A DNA stretch of 64,000 nucleotides, from assembly GCA_963716255.1 (NCBI GenBank), contig OY970303.1, positions 3,680,001-3,744,000 on the forward strand. Reading direction: 5' to 3'. This stretch comes from an uncultured Gemmatimonadales bacterium (GTDB lineage: Bacteria > Gemmatimonadota > Gemmatimonadetes > Longimicrobiales > Longimicrobiaceae). Below, one piece after another: positions 40,071 through 48,970 of the stretch. The notes under the pieces were generated by a model that saw only the letters and a program-made list of their open reading frames with translations, was not told the DNA's origin and did no database searches. The position numbers and the translations under genes are program-made. The number at the start of each line of letters is the position of its first letter. The stretch's first letter is position 1.

Positions 40071-40200
40071 GGGCGTGCCCCCCGCGGGGCGCGGGGGTCG
40101 GCCTTCGGCTCCGTAACGCACGAAACGACCGTGCGTAACGGAGTCGAGCCCGCGCAAACAGCCGCGCGGTCTCGCCCCTTCGGGCCGAAATCCCTCACGC
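40071..40200 (+). repeat. ~130-bp structured element, copy 10
   Basis: Variant first hairpin CCCCCGC-GGGGC-GCGGGGG; flanked on both sides by CGACGGCAGGC. Confidence 0.95.
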
Positions 40201-40208
40201 GACGGCAG

Positions 40209-40260
40209 GCCCCCTCCCCCCGGCCCCCTCCCCCGCAAGCGGGAGAGGGGGAGAACTGCG
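40209..40260 (+). repeat. REP-like hairpin attached to element copy 10
   Basis: GCCCCCTCCCCCCGGCCCCCTCCCCCGCAAGCGGGAGAGGGGGAGAACTGCG. Confidence 0.85.
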
Positions 40261-40410
40261 AACGACCGGCCGATCCCAAACCCGGAACCAGCCGGAGCGA
40301 ACCGCAGTTCAGCACCCCCTCCCAGGATGGCGCTTCACGCTTCGCGTGAACCGGAGGAAGGGAGAGGGTGGCGAGCCGGGTGAGGGCTCCCCGCCGGATC
40401 CACGAAAAGC

Positions 40411-40441
40411 TTGACCGGGGGCACCAATCCCGCCATATGTT
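40411..40441 (+). promoter_or_regulatory. Possible sigma70-type promoter for the lytic transglycosylase gene
   Basis: TTGACC-N17-CATATG(TT). Confidence 0.4.
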
Positions 40442-40498
40442 CCCGGCGCCCGGGACGGGCCCCGGATTTGCCGGAACGGGGGGCGCGGACGTCCCGCC

Positions 40499-41266
40499 GT
40501 GCGATTCCGCCCGGGAGACCAGGAGGGAAAGCTGAGCGAAACGCCGAGACCCGTGCATCCTGCCGCACGGCGGGGAGCGCCAGGCTGGCTGCTCGCCGCG
40601 CTGCCCCTGTGCATCGTGCTTGGGGTGGTGATCGGCGTGTACGCGCCCAGCGTGCCCACGGCGCTGGGGCCGCGCGTGGGCCCGCCCGACACGGTGCGCG
40701 TGGCGGGGCGGGCGATCCCCCGGCCGCCGTCCGTGGTGGAGGCGCCGTACCTGGAGCGGGTGGTGGAGCGTAGGTCGCCGCGCGAGGTGGCCATCGCGTC
40801 GCTGGCGGACCGCTACAACATCACCCAGGCGCTCGCCCGCACCATCCACGACGCCGCCGTGGAAGCGGGGATCGATCCCGAGCTGGGCTTCCGGCTGGTG
40901 CGCGTGGAAAGCGTGTTCGACGTGCACGCGCTGGGGCAGGGGGCGGTGGGGCTCTGCCAGCTGATGCCCGGCACGGCCAGGTCCATCGACCCCGAGGTCG
41001 ACACCCGCAAGGAGCTGCTGGAGCCCCACACCAACCTGCGGCTGGGGTTCACCAACCTGCGCAACATGATCGAGATGTTCGACGGCGACGTTCGCCTGGG
41101 GGTGATCGCCTACAACCGCGGCGAGGTCGCCGTGCAGCGCGCCCTGCGCCGGGGCCGCGACCCCGAGAACGGCTACTCCAGGCTGGTGCTGGGCCCGCGC
41201 GCGCACGGCGGCCGGTCCTACCAGGGCCCGGGGCTGCTCCCCCGGGCCTCCGCCGCGGCCAGGTGA
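40499..41266 (+). CDS. Membrane-anchored SLT-domain lytic transglycosylase
   Basis: N-terminal TM; VRVESVFD, GAVGLCQLMP, AYNRGE; start uncertain. Confidence 0.88.
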   Translation: MRFRPGDQEGKLSETPRPVHPAARRGAPGWLLAALPLCIVLGVVIGVYAPSVPTALGPRVGPPDTVRVAGRAIPRPPSVVEAPYLERVVERRSPREVAIASLADRYNITQALARTIHDAAVEAGIDPELGFRLVRVESVFDVHALGQGAVGLCQLMPGTARSIDPEVDTRKELLEPHTNLRLGFTNLRNMIEMFDGDVRLGVIAYNRGEVAVQRALRRGRDPENGYSRLVLGPRAHGGRSYQGPGLLPRASAAAR

Positions 41267-41305
41267 GCCGCGGCCGCGCTTTCCCGACGCCTCCTCACCG
41301 GATGT

Positions 41306-41335
41306 TTGACGCCGTCCCGTCCGACGGGTTAATAT
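41306..41335 (+). promoter_or_regulatory. Sigma70-like promoter upstream of the TPR gene
   Basis: TTGACG-N18-TAATAT in a very GC-rich background. Confidence 0.55.
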
Positions 41336-41401
41336 CCTACGGGCCCGGCACTCCGTCCCACCGGCGCCTCGCGACACTCCGCACCCCCCGAATGGTCGTC
41401 C

Positions 41402-42658
41402 ATGAGCGCACGTAGCTCCCGGACCCGACGCTGGCGCGTCCCCCCGGCTCCGGTACCCGCACAGGAACGCCTGGTGGGCGCGTCCCTCCTCCAGGAGACC
41501 GACGGGGACCTTGGCGTGGTCCTCTGGCGCAGCCTGCGGGCCGTGTGCGCATGGGCGTCCACCCCCCCCGCCGACCGCCCGCTCCTGTTCCCGCCGGGCG
41601 CCCGGGACCAGCGCATGGCCGACCTGCTGGTCGCCGCGCCGCCGCCCGCGCTGGAGCGCCCGCTCCTGGTGCTGGCCGAGCTGCTGGGCGAGCCGGTGCG
41701 CATCGGGCCGGACCGGGTGGGGATCGCCTGCCTGTCCGTGGCCGCGTGGGCGCGCGAGTCGGGACGCCACGCCACCGCGCTGGAGTTCTCGCAGGCCGGG
41801 GCGCTGGTGTGCCCCGGCAGCCCCTCGTACGCGCTGGCCGCCGCGCGCGAGAGCCGCGACGCCGGCGAGCACGAGCAGGCCGAGGCGCTGTACCACCGCG
41901 CGGTGGCGCTGGCGCGGCAGGTACGCGACTGGGACAGCTACGTGCGCGCCCACGCCGGCCTGGGCATGCTCGCCAAGGGGCGTGGCGCGTACCCCGCCGC
42001 GCGCAAGTCGCACCTGCGGGCGCTGCGCGCGGCCGAGCGCCACCGCCTGGGCTACCTGCGGGCGATGATGCTGCACGAGCTGTTCGTGGTGGAGCTGGAC
42101 TGCGGCAACGCCGCCCTGGCCGAGCGCTACGCGGGGGCTGCGGTGGAGGCGTACGGGCGGGGGCACGCCATGCTGCGGGTGCTCGCCTTCGACGTGGCGG
42201 CGTTCTGGATGACCCGGGAGCGCTACGGCGAGGCGCTCCCCGTGTTCCTGCGGCTCCTCCCCACGCTGGACGCCGAGGCGCAGGTGCTGGGATGGGGCGA
42301 CGTCGCGCACGCCGCGGGCGGGACCGGCGACGCCGTGACCTTCGAGAAGGCGCACCGGCACGTGGCCGCGGCGCCCGCCGATTACCCGCGGCGGGTGGAC
42401 GCGCTGCGCGAGACCGCGAGCGGCGCGCTGCTGCTGGGCCGCCTGGAGCTCGTAGAGTCGCTGGCCGGCGAGGTGGCGGTGCTCGCGCGCGGCTGCGGCG
42501 ACCACAAGAGCGTGTTCGTCGCCGAGGCGCTGCTGGAAGAGGTCAGCGCCCGGCGCAGCGGCGCCGCTGCGCCGGAGCGCGCCGGACGCCAGGCGTACGA
42601 GTCCTCCCACTCGCTCGCGAACTCGCTGCTGCGGGCGCTGGACGCCGTCCCGGGCTGA
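41402..42658 (+). CDS. Cytoplasmic TPR-like helical repeat protein
   Basis: GEHEQAEALYHRAVALAR, AHAGLGMLAKGRGAYPAARKSHLRAL, ERYGEALPVF; no signal peptide or TM. Confidence 0.8.
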   Translation: MSARSSRTRRWRVPPAPVPAQERLVGASLLQETDGDLGVVLWRSLRAVCAWASTPPADRPLLFPPGARDQRMADLLVAAPPPALERPLLVLAELLGEPVRIGPDRVGIACLSVAAWARESGRHATALEFSQAGALVCPGSPSYALAAARESRDAGEHEQAEALYHRAVALARQVRDWDSYVRAHAGLGMLAKGRGAYPAARKSHLRALRAAERHRLGYLRAMMLHELFVVELDCGNAALAERYAGAAVEAYGRGHAMLRVLAFDVAAFWMTRERYGEALPVFLRLLPTLDAEAQVLGWGDVAHAAGGTGDAVTFEKAHRHVAAAPADYPRRVDALRETASGALLLGRLELVESLAGEVAVLARGCGDHKSVFVAEALLEEVSARRSGAAAPERAGRQAYESSHSLANSLLRALDAVPG

Positions 42659-42683
42659 ACCGGGACGGCGGTCCGCGGAGCGG

Positions 42684-42833
42684 TCACAGCCCCGTACCGA
42701 TGGCGGGCGAGCCGAAGCCCAGCTCCGTGTCGGGCTGCATCAGCGCGGCGTTTGCGGCGGCCGGGGCGGTGGGCGACGTGCAGGCGGCGAGCACGGCGAC
42801 GGCGAGCACTGCAAGCAGGGCGCGGATCCTCAT
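42684..42833 (-). CDS. 49-aa lipobox peptide MRIRALLAVLAVAVLAACTSPTAPAAANAALMQPDTELGFGSPAIGTGL (not in ORF track)
   Basis: Translated by hand; GAGGA RBS 7 nt before ATG; signal peptide with LAAC lipobox; stop 25 nt from the TPR stop. Confidence 0.82.
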   Translation of the reverse strand: MRIRALLAVLAVAVLAACTSPTAPAAANAALMQPDTELGFGSPAIGTGL

Positions 42834-42877
42834 GATGGCATCCTCGAATCGGAAGGTGGCGGGTAACGTTCGGTCAG

Positions 42878-42891
42878 TTGGTGTATACCAA
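42878..42891. promoter_or_regulatory. Candidate operator TTGGT-N4-ACCAA in the divergent peptide/AraC promoter region
   Basis: Inverted repeat within an AT-richer 125-bp spacer. Confidence 0.4.
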
Positions 42892-42958
42892 AATAGTCTC
42901 CATTTTGCGGTCCCTGGGGATGGTGATTAGGTGACTATCCGACCTTTTGCCGAATTTC

Positions 42959-43819
42959 ATGCGCACAGCCCTCCGCCCACTCATCCTCCTCCACTCCGAT
43001 CCGGCGTTCCGCGAGCGGCTCCGCCGAGTTTCCCAGGCCCGCTACGACTTCCGCAGGGTGGAGAGCTGGGACGAGCTGGAGCGCCTGGTCCGCGACACCA
43101 CCCCCGCCGGACTGGCGGTGGTGGACCCCTACTGGGGCCAGCCCCCGCGCGGCCGCACCGCCTCCCCGCTGCACGCGCTCCTCAGGCGCTTCCCCTCCGC
43201 CTCCGTGGTGGCCGCCCTGTTCATGCGCCCGGGGTGGATGGAGGACATCCGCGCCCTGGGCGAGCTGGGGATCGCGGGGGTGGTGGACCTGGAGGCCGAG
43301 AACACCGACCTGCTCATCCTCCGCACCCTCCAGGGCGCGCAGACCCGCCCGCTGCGCGCGTTCTTCCGCGGCGGTCTGCGCGTGCCGCTCACCGGCCGCG
43401 CCCGCATCATCCTGGAAGCCGCCGTGGACGTGGTGATCGCCGGGCGGCAGGCGGGCGACCTTGCCCGCGACCTCCACATCCACCGGGACACGCTGCTGCG
43501 CTGGTGCCGCGAGGCCCACCTCCCCATTCCCCGCCAGCTGCTGATGTGGCTGCGCGTGCTGCTGGCCGCCGAGCTGCTGGACAACCCCGGGCAGACGGTG
43601 GAGCACGTCGCGCAGGCGTGCGGCTACTCCTCCGACGACGCCCTGGCGCGGGCCCTCCACATGCGGCTGGGGATGCGCCCCGCCGCGCTGCGCCGCCGCG
43701 GAGCCTTCCGGACCGCCGCCGCCCGCTTCCAGAGGGAGCTGGAGCGTCCGTACGAGACCGCCCCCGCGCGCCTCCGGGCGGTCCCGGCCGACGAAGCGCC
43801 CACCGCGCTGGTGGCATGA
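42959..43819 (+). CDS. AraC-type HTH regulator with degenerate receiver-like N-terminus
   Basis: DLARDLHIHRDTLLRWC and TVEHVAQACGYSSDDALARAL...GMRPAALR. Confidence 0.85.
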   Translation: MRTALRPLILLHSDPAFRERLRRVSQARYDFRRVESWDELERLVRDTTPAGLAVVDPYWGQPPRGRTASPLHALLRRFPSASVVAALFMRPGWMEDIRALGELGIAGVVDLEAENTDLLILRTLQGAQTRPLRAFFRGGLRVPLTGRARIILEAAVDVVIAGRQAGDLARDLHIHRDTLLRWCREAHLPIPRQLLMWLRVLLAAELLDNPGQTVEHVAQACGYSSDDALARALHMRLGMRPAALRRRGAFRTAAARFQRELERPYETAPARLRAVPADEAPTALVA

Positions 43820-44931
43820 GCCGCCCCGCCGACCTGTCCGAGCTGGGGCTGGCGAGCGCCGCCCTGATGCACGACCTGCAGTCGCTGGTGGGCGCCCTGC
43901 GCGAGCACGCCGCGCTGGTGGTGGACGAGCTGGAGACGGGGCAGGTCCCGCTCGCCTCCGCCCGCTCCGTGCTCGCCCGCTGCGACGAGATCCAGGGGCT
44001 CGTGCGCGACGTGGTCGCGGAGGCCGCCGGCAGCTCCTCCGCCACCCCGTTCGACCCCATCCAGGCCGTCCACCGCGAGATCAGCCGCGTCTCGCAGTCC
44101 AGCTCCCCGCTGCGCATCTCCTGCCGCGCAGCCCTCCCCGGCGGCGTCTGGCTGGAGGGGAGCCGCACGCTGCTGGAGCGCTCGCTGGGGAACCTGCTCC
44201 GCAACGCGGCGCGGCACGCCCGCGAGCGCATCGAGGTCGCCGTCACCGCCGAGGACCTGGGAGCCGTCCCGTGGCTGGTGATCTCGGTGGAGGACGACGG
44301 CGGGGGCGTGGCGGAGGAAGTGCGGGCCCGGCTCTTTTCGCCGGGCGCGAGGGGTGCCGAGGGAGACTCCGGGGTGGGGCTTGCCTCCGCGGCGTGGGCC
44401 ACGGGGCGCCTGGGAGGCACGGTGCGGCTGGCGGAGCCGGGCGCGCTGGGCGGCGCGCGCTTCGAGATCCGCCTCCCCCTGCGGCGCGCCTCCGCCGGGC
44501 CCCGCCCGCCCGCGCACGGCGTCCGCCCGCTGGCCGGTCGCACCGTCGCGGTGATCGACGACGACGAGATGGTGCGCCGCTCCGTGGTGCGCCTCCTCAC
44601 CCACGGCGGCGCCCGCGTGGTGACCGCCGACGTGGAGGGGCTGGCGCGGGGCGAGGGGCTTCCCGAGCTGGCGGCGAGCGCCCCGGACGCGGTGCTGCTC
44701 GACCTGCACCTGGGCGACGTCAGCGGCGTGGACGTGTGGCACCGCATGAACGCGGGCTTTCCCGGCCTGGCGAGCCGGGTGGCGTTCTTTTCCGGGGCCG
44801 CCGGCTGGGGCGAGGACGACGGCGCGGTGGAGGCCACGGGCCGTCCCGTGATCGCCAAGGGCATGGACATCGCCGACTTCATCTCGGCCGTCGACGGGCT
44901 CGTGCGGGCGGGCGTGGCGGAGGGGGGCTGA
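43816..44931 (+). CDS. Hybrid histidine kinase-receiver protein without sensor domain
   Basis: ATGA overlap; H-box ALMHDL at residue ~19, NLLRNAARHA, VEDDGGG, GVGL, GGARF; receiver VAVIDDD, VLLDLHL, IAK. Confidence 0.87.
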   Translation: MSRPADLSELGLASAALMHDLQSLVGALREHAALVVDELETGQVPLASARSVLARCDEIQGLVRDVVAEAAGSSSATPFDPIQAVHREISRVSQSSSPLRISCRAALPGGVWLEGSRTLLERSLGNLLRNAARHARERIEVAVTAEDLGAVPWLVISVEDDGGGVAEEVRARLFSPGARGAEGDSGVGLASAAWATGRLGGTVRLAEPGALGGARFEIRLPLRRASAGPRPPAHGVRPLAGRTVAVIDDDEMVRRSVVRLLTHGGARVVTADVEGLARGEGLPELAASAPDAVLLDLHLGDVSGVDVWHRMNAGFPGLASRVAFFSGAAGWGEDDGAVEATGRPVIAKGMDIADFISAVDGLVRAGVAEGG

Positions 44932-44958
44932 ACGGAAACGGCTATTTACGGCTGGCGT

Positions 44959-45087
44959 GGGCATGACCCCGGCTGGCGCCGGGGTCGGGCTTCGGCTCCG
45001 TAAGCGAGCAAACCACGCTCGCTAACGGAGTCGAGCCCCGCGAAACTGCCCGCGGGTCTCGCCCCTTCGGGCCGGAATCCCTCATGT
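44959..45087 (+). repeat. ~130-bp structured element, copy 11
   Basis: Ends are GCATG...CATGT instead of GCGTG...CACGC (compensatory). Confidence 0.95.
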
Positions 45088-45091
45088 GACA

Positions 45092-45123
45092 GCGCCCCCG
45101 CCGGGAGATCCCGGCGGGGGCGC
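45092..45123. terminator. Strong hairpin between convergent genes
   Basis: GCGCCCCCGCCGGGA/TCCCGGCGGGGGCGC 15-bp stem; weak T-tract. Confidence 0.6.
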
Positions 45124-45147
45124 CATTTGCGTGCTTCGTGCTCCGAA

Positions 45148-45203
45148 CCGCTGTCGCAGGCTGTGTCGCTTCACGCTGCGCGTGAACCGATGAACCCTGT
45201 CCC
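45148..45203 (+). repeat. Second short dispersed repeat, copy B
   Basis: Matches 3082-3138. Confidence 0.8.
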
Positions 45204-45213
45204 GTTCCGTTCC

Positions 45214-47916
45214 CTACCTCCCGATCCAGTACGTCGCCTTGACGACGAACACGTTGTCCGGGTGCGAGCGGAACACCCCGGCCGCGTCGCGGCCCAGGCG
45301 GAAGTCGCCGAAGGGCTCGCCGGCGCTGCGGTTCTGCTGCCACACCAGGAAGAGCGTGGAGCCGGGGCGGTACTCCCAGCGCAGCACGGCGTTGCCGCGC
45401 AGCGAGCGAAGGTTGAAGTCGGGGTTGCCGAAGGAGAAGCCGGGCGTCGAGGGGTCGCGGTCCGCGTCCAGCAGGTACACGCTGTCGCGGCCGGAGGCGT
45501 CGCGCACGGGGCGAAGCTGCTGCGCGTCGTAGGCCACGCGGCGCAGGGTGCGGGGGCCAGTGTACTCCTTGAACCCGGTATACTCGCCGGTGGACACGAA
45601 GGGCTGCGCGAAAAGCTCCAGCGACAGCCTGGGGGTGAAGGTCACCGCCAGGCGCGTGTCCAGCGACAGCGTGCTCTGCTCCAGGTCGGAGAACACCACC
45701 CGCTCGCCCATGAAGTGCGTGGCGGTGGCGTCGCCGCGGCGGGCCACGAACTGCGAGGTGTTCTCGTCGTGCGTGAACGCCGGGCCGAAGCTGGCAAGGA
45801 CGTTGGACACCGGCTTCATCCGCAGGTCCACGTTCACGCGGTAGCTGCGGGCCCCGTCCTCCGTCCACTCGAACCAGGGCGCGGTCGACAGCACCAGCTT
45901 GCGGCGCGGGTCGGTGTTGAAGCTGGGCGACAGGTAGAGCTCCGGCGCCTTGCGCACCACCACGCCGCCGCGGGTGAAGCGGTCCGCGTCCATCTCCGGG
46001 CGGACGTGCATGTACACCGACGTCTCCCAGTAGTTGGGAAGCTGCAGGTAGGTGGAGAGGTGCACCTGCCCGTCGGTGACGTCGCCGTCGTAGTTCTGCT
46101 CGCGCTGCGCCCCGGCGGTGACCTGGAAGAAGCGGTAGTGCGGCGTGGGCGTCGTCCAGCGGCGGCGCAGGTTGCCCTGCAGCCAGATCCAGTCGGCGCG
46201 CGACAGGAATGCCAGGTCGTTCACCTCGAAGCCGGGGCTGCGGAAGTTGACCTGGCTCTCCCACTGCCACAGCCCCGCCTGCTTCGCCAGCCGCAGGTAG
46301 CCGCCGTAGCCGCGCAGCGAGGTGGCCAGCGAGTCCAGCCGGTCGGAGAAGAGGCCGTTGGAGCCCGCCTCGCGGTCCGGGCGCTGGAAGTAGCGCGCCG
46401 AGGAGCGCTGCAGCCGCAGGATCGCCGCGGGGTCGCCGCTCACCTGCGACGCGGCCAGGTTGCCGCGCAGCTCGTACGCCCGCTTCGCCCAGGACAGGGT
46501 CCAGTCCACCCCCGCCGCTTCGGCGTGCTCCGGGACCTGGTGGGCCAGCGAGTCGTACCCGAACCGCCGCGCCACCGAGGTGGCCATGGCTCCCACGATG
46601 GCGTCGCCGCCGCGCATGGTGCGGCGCACCCGCCCCACGAAGTAGTTGCTGAGCGGCTCCACCTCGCGGCGGACTCCCGGCTCCTCGCCGTAAACGAGCC
46701 CCGCCTCCTCGGAGCCGGTGACCGCGTCCAGCACCCCCACCTGCCACCCGCCCCGGAAGCGGCCGGTGACCTTTGCCGCGCCCAGGATGTCGGTGCTCTC
46801 CGGCACGTCCCAGTACTGCGGCTGGCCCGGCAGCCCCCCCTGCGGCCGCCGCCCGATCCGCCGCGAGTAGAAGAGCGACATGCCGTTGGCGTTGCTGCAC
46901 GTGAAGCAGTTCAGCCCGCCGAAGCTGAAGAGCCCGCTCCCCTCCACGAAGAAGGGGCGCCGCTCCTCGAAGAAGGTCTCGAAAGCGCTGAGGTTCACCG
47001 TGGCGGGGTCCACCTCCACCTGCCCGAAGTCCGGGTTCAGGGTGGCGGACAGGGTGACGCTGGAGCCCAGCAGCGCCTTGACGTCGGCGCCCACGCGCAC
47101 GTTGTACGCGCTGGCGTCCTGGAAGGGGCTCCCCGGCTGGGTGGGTGCCACGTACGAGGCCCGGGCGACGGTGTAGGGGAGCACCTCCAGCCCCTGCGGA
47201 CGCCGCTCCACGCGGATTCCCTCCAGGTGCCCGAATCGCGCCGGGCCGCCCGCGTCGTTCTTCCCCCAGAACGACCACATGGAGGTCTCGTTGAGGCGCT
47301 GCGCGTAGCGCCAGACCTGCATCCCCCACGTCTGGTCGGCTTCGCGCGAGAAGCGCAGCTGCGAGAAGGGGATGCGCAGCTCGGCCGTCCACCCCGCCGA
47401 GTCCACCGCGGTGGCCGCCTCCCACACGGGGTCCCACGACGGGTCGGCGGAGGGGGTGGCCTGGCCGGCGTCGTTCTTCACCCCGGACGGGTTCACCAGG
47501 AAGAGGGTGCGCCCGGAGTGGTCGTGGAAGGTGTCGAACACCAGCTGGAGCCAGTCGCTCTCGGGGTCCTGGTCGTGGCGGACCAGGCGGGTGCGCACCC
47601 CCGCCGCGCCCAGCGAGTCGTACATGCGGGCGCCCACGTACAGCGCCTCCGCGTCGTACGCGAAGCGCACCTCGGTGCGCTGGGTGGCCGGGCGGCCCTC
47701 CTGCGGGTCCTGCTGCGTGAAGCCGCCGGCGGCGGGGGCGGAGGCCCACACGGCCTCGTCCAGGCGGCCGTCCAGGGCAATGGGCGAGGTGCGCTCCACG
47801 GCGCGCACGGCCAGGTCGCGCGGGTGCTCGGCGCCGCTCTGCGCGGCGAGCGGGGCGGTGCCCGCGGCGGCCGCCAGGAGGAGCGCGGCGCCGCGGCGGA
47901 AGGCGAGGGATCCCAT
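45214..47916 (-). CDS. DUF5916 / CBM9-like outer-membrane protein
   Basis: Signal peptide; LDGRLDEAVW, WTAELRIPFSQLRF, NPDFGQVEVD, FFEERRPFFVEG, FYSRRIG, NAVLRWEYRPGSTLFLVW. Confidence 0.9.
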   Translation of the reverse strand: MGSLAFRRGAALLLAAAAGTAPLAAQSGAEHPRDLAVRAVERTSPIALDGRLDEAVWASAPAAGGFTQQDPQEGRPATQRTEVRFAYDAEALYVGARMYDSLGAAGVRTRLVRHDQDPESDWLQLVFDTFHDHSGRTLFLVNPSGVKNDAGQATPSADPSWDPVWEAATAVDSAGWTAELRIPFSQLRFSREADQTWGMQVWRYAQRLNETSMWSFWGKNDAGGPARFGHLEGIRVERRPQGLEVLPYTVARASYVAPTQPGSPFQDASAYNVRVGADVKALLGSSVTLSATLNPDFGQVEVDPATVNLSAFETFFEERRPFFVEGSGLFSFGGLNCFTCSNANGMSLFYSRRIGRRPQGGLPGQPQYWDVPESTDILGAAKVTGRFRGGWQVGVLDAVTGSEEAGLVYGEEPGVRREVEPLSNYFVGRVRRTMRGGDAIVGAMATSVARRFGYDSLAHQVPEHAEAAGVDWTLSWAKRAYELRGNLAASQVSGDPAAILRLQRSSARYFQRPDREAGSNGLFSDRLDSLATSLRGYGGYLRLAKQAGLWQWESQVNFRSPGFEVNDLAFLSRADWIWLQGNLRRRWTTPTPHYRFFQVTAGAQREQNYDGDVTDGQVHLSTYLQLPNYWETSVYMHVRPEMDADRFTRGGVVVRKAPELYLSPSFNTDPRRKLVLSTAPWFEWTEDGARSYRVNVDLRMKPVSNVLASFGPAFTHDENTSQFVARRGDATATHFMGERVVFSDLEQSTLSLDTRLAVTFTPRLSLELFAQPFVSTGEYTGFKEYTGPRTLRRVAYDAQQLRPVRDASGRDSVYLLDADRDPSTPGFSFGNPDFNLRSLRGNAVLRWEYRPGSTLFLVWQQNRSAGEPFGDFRLGRDAAGVFRSHPDNVFVVKATYWIGR

Positions 47917-47953
47917 GGGAAGGCGTCCGGGGTGTGTGCGTCCGGCTGCCGCG

Positions 47954-48784
47954 TCAGCGGCGCTCGCGGCGGACGGTGGCGGGACCGTTGGTGGTGACCA
48001 CACGAACCGGGGCGCCGCCGGAGCCCAGCGTGGTCTTCACGCGGCGGCCGGAGCGGTACCCGTCGGAGAGCGGCAGGTCGATGCTGGAGGGGCCGTTGAT
48101 GGTCCCCACCTCCAGCTCGGCGGAGTAGCCGCCGGGGATGGTGAGCGAGACCGGTCCGTTCTGCGCCTCGGCGTCCAGCCCCTGGCCGCTCCAGCGGGGG
48201 CCGTCCAGGACCACGCTGAGGGGTCCGTTCTGGACGCGGGCGTTGACCGCGCCGCCCACGCGCCGCAGCGACACGGGGCCGTTCTGGGCGCGCAGCGTCA
48301 TGCGGCCGGTGACGCCCTCCACGGACACCGGGCCGTTGTTGGCGGTGACGGACACGTCCTGCCGGCGCGGCACCTGGATGTCGTAGACGACGGACCAGCT
48401 CCTCCCGCGGCCCTGCTCGGGGCCCGTGGCGCGGATGCTCCCGCCGTCGGTGCGGACGGTCACCTGGCGCGCGATCTCGCGCGCGTCCTGCTCCGTGGCG
48501 GCGTGCGCCTGGATGCGGGCCGAGACCCGGATGTCGCCGCCGTCCCAGCCGCGCACGGAGGCGCCGCCGTTCTGCCCACCGTCCACGGTGAGCGCGCCGC
48601 CCGCCCGGAGCGTGGAGGGGCGCACCTCGCAGAACTGCGCGCGGCTTCCGTTCCAGCGCCCGCCGTTCTCGCGGCAGTTGTCCAGCCACTCCGAGTCGGT
48701 GCGCTGGGCATGGGCGGGGAGGGCGGCCAGCACGGCGAGGAGCGCGGCGGCGGTGGACAGGGTGGTGCGCGTGGTCACGGTCAT
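47954..48784 (-). CDS. DUF4097-like beta-strand repeat secreted protein
   Basis: Signal peptide; repeated NGPVS/NGPLS units. Confidence 0.82.
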   Translation of the reverse strand: MTVTTRTTLSTAAALLAVLAALPAHAQRTDSEWLDNCRENGGRWNGSRAQFCEVRPSTLRAGGALTVDGGQNGGASVRGWDGGDIRVSARIQAHAATEQDAREIARQVTVRTDGGSIRATGPEQGRGRSWSVVYDIQVPRRQDVSVTANNGPVSVEGVTGRMTLRAQNGPVSLRRVGGAVNARVQNGPLSVVLDGPRWSGQGLDAEAQNGPVSLTIPGGYSAELEVGTINGPSSIDLPLSDGYRSGRRVKTTLGSGGAPVRVVTTNGPATVRRERR

Positions 48785-48924
48785 GGGAGTCGGCTCCGCG
48801 GGAGATGTCGGGGTGGGTCCGGATAGCCTGCACGGAAGCGGGCCGGCGACGGCCGGCCGCATCGCAATGGACACTGTTCGCCGCGAAAAGGTTTGAAGAC
48901 CGGATGCGGCAACAGCCGTGTCGG

Positions 48925-48963
48925 CGCAGTTCTCCCCCTCTCCCGCTTGCGGGGGAGAGGGCC
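48925..48963 (-). repeat. REP-like hairpin attached to element copy 12
   Basis: CGCAGTTCTCCCCCTCTCCCGCTTGCGGGGGAGAGGGCC. Confidence 0.85.
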
Positions 48964-48970
48964 TGCCGTC

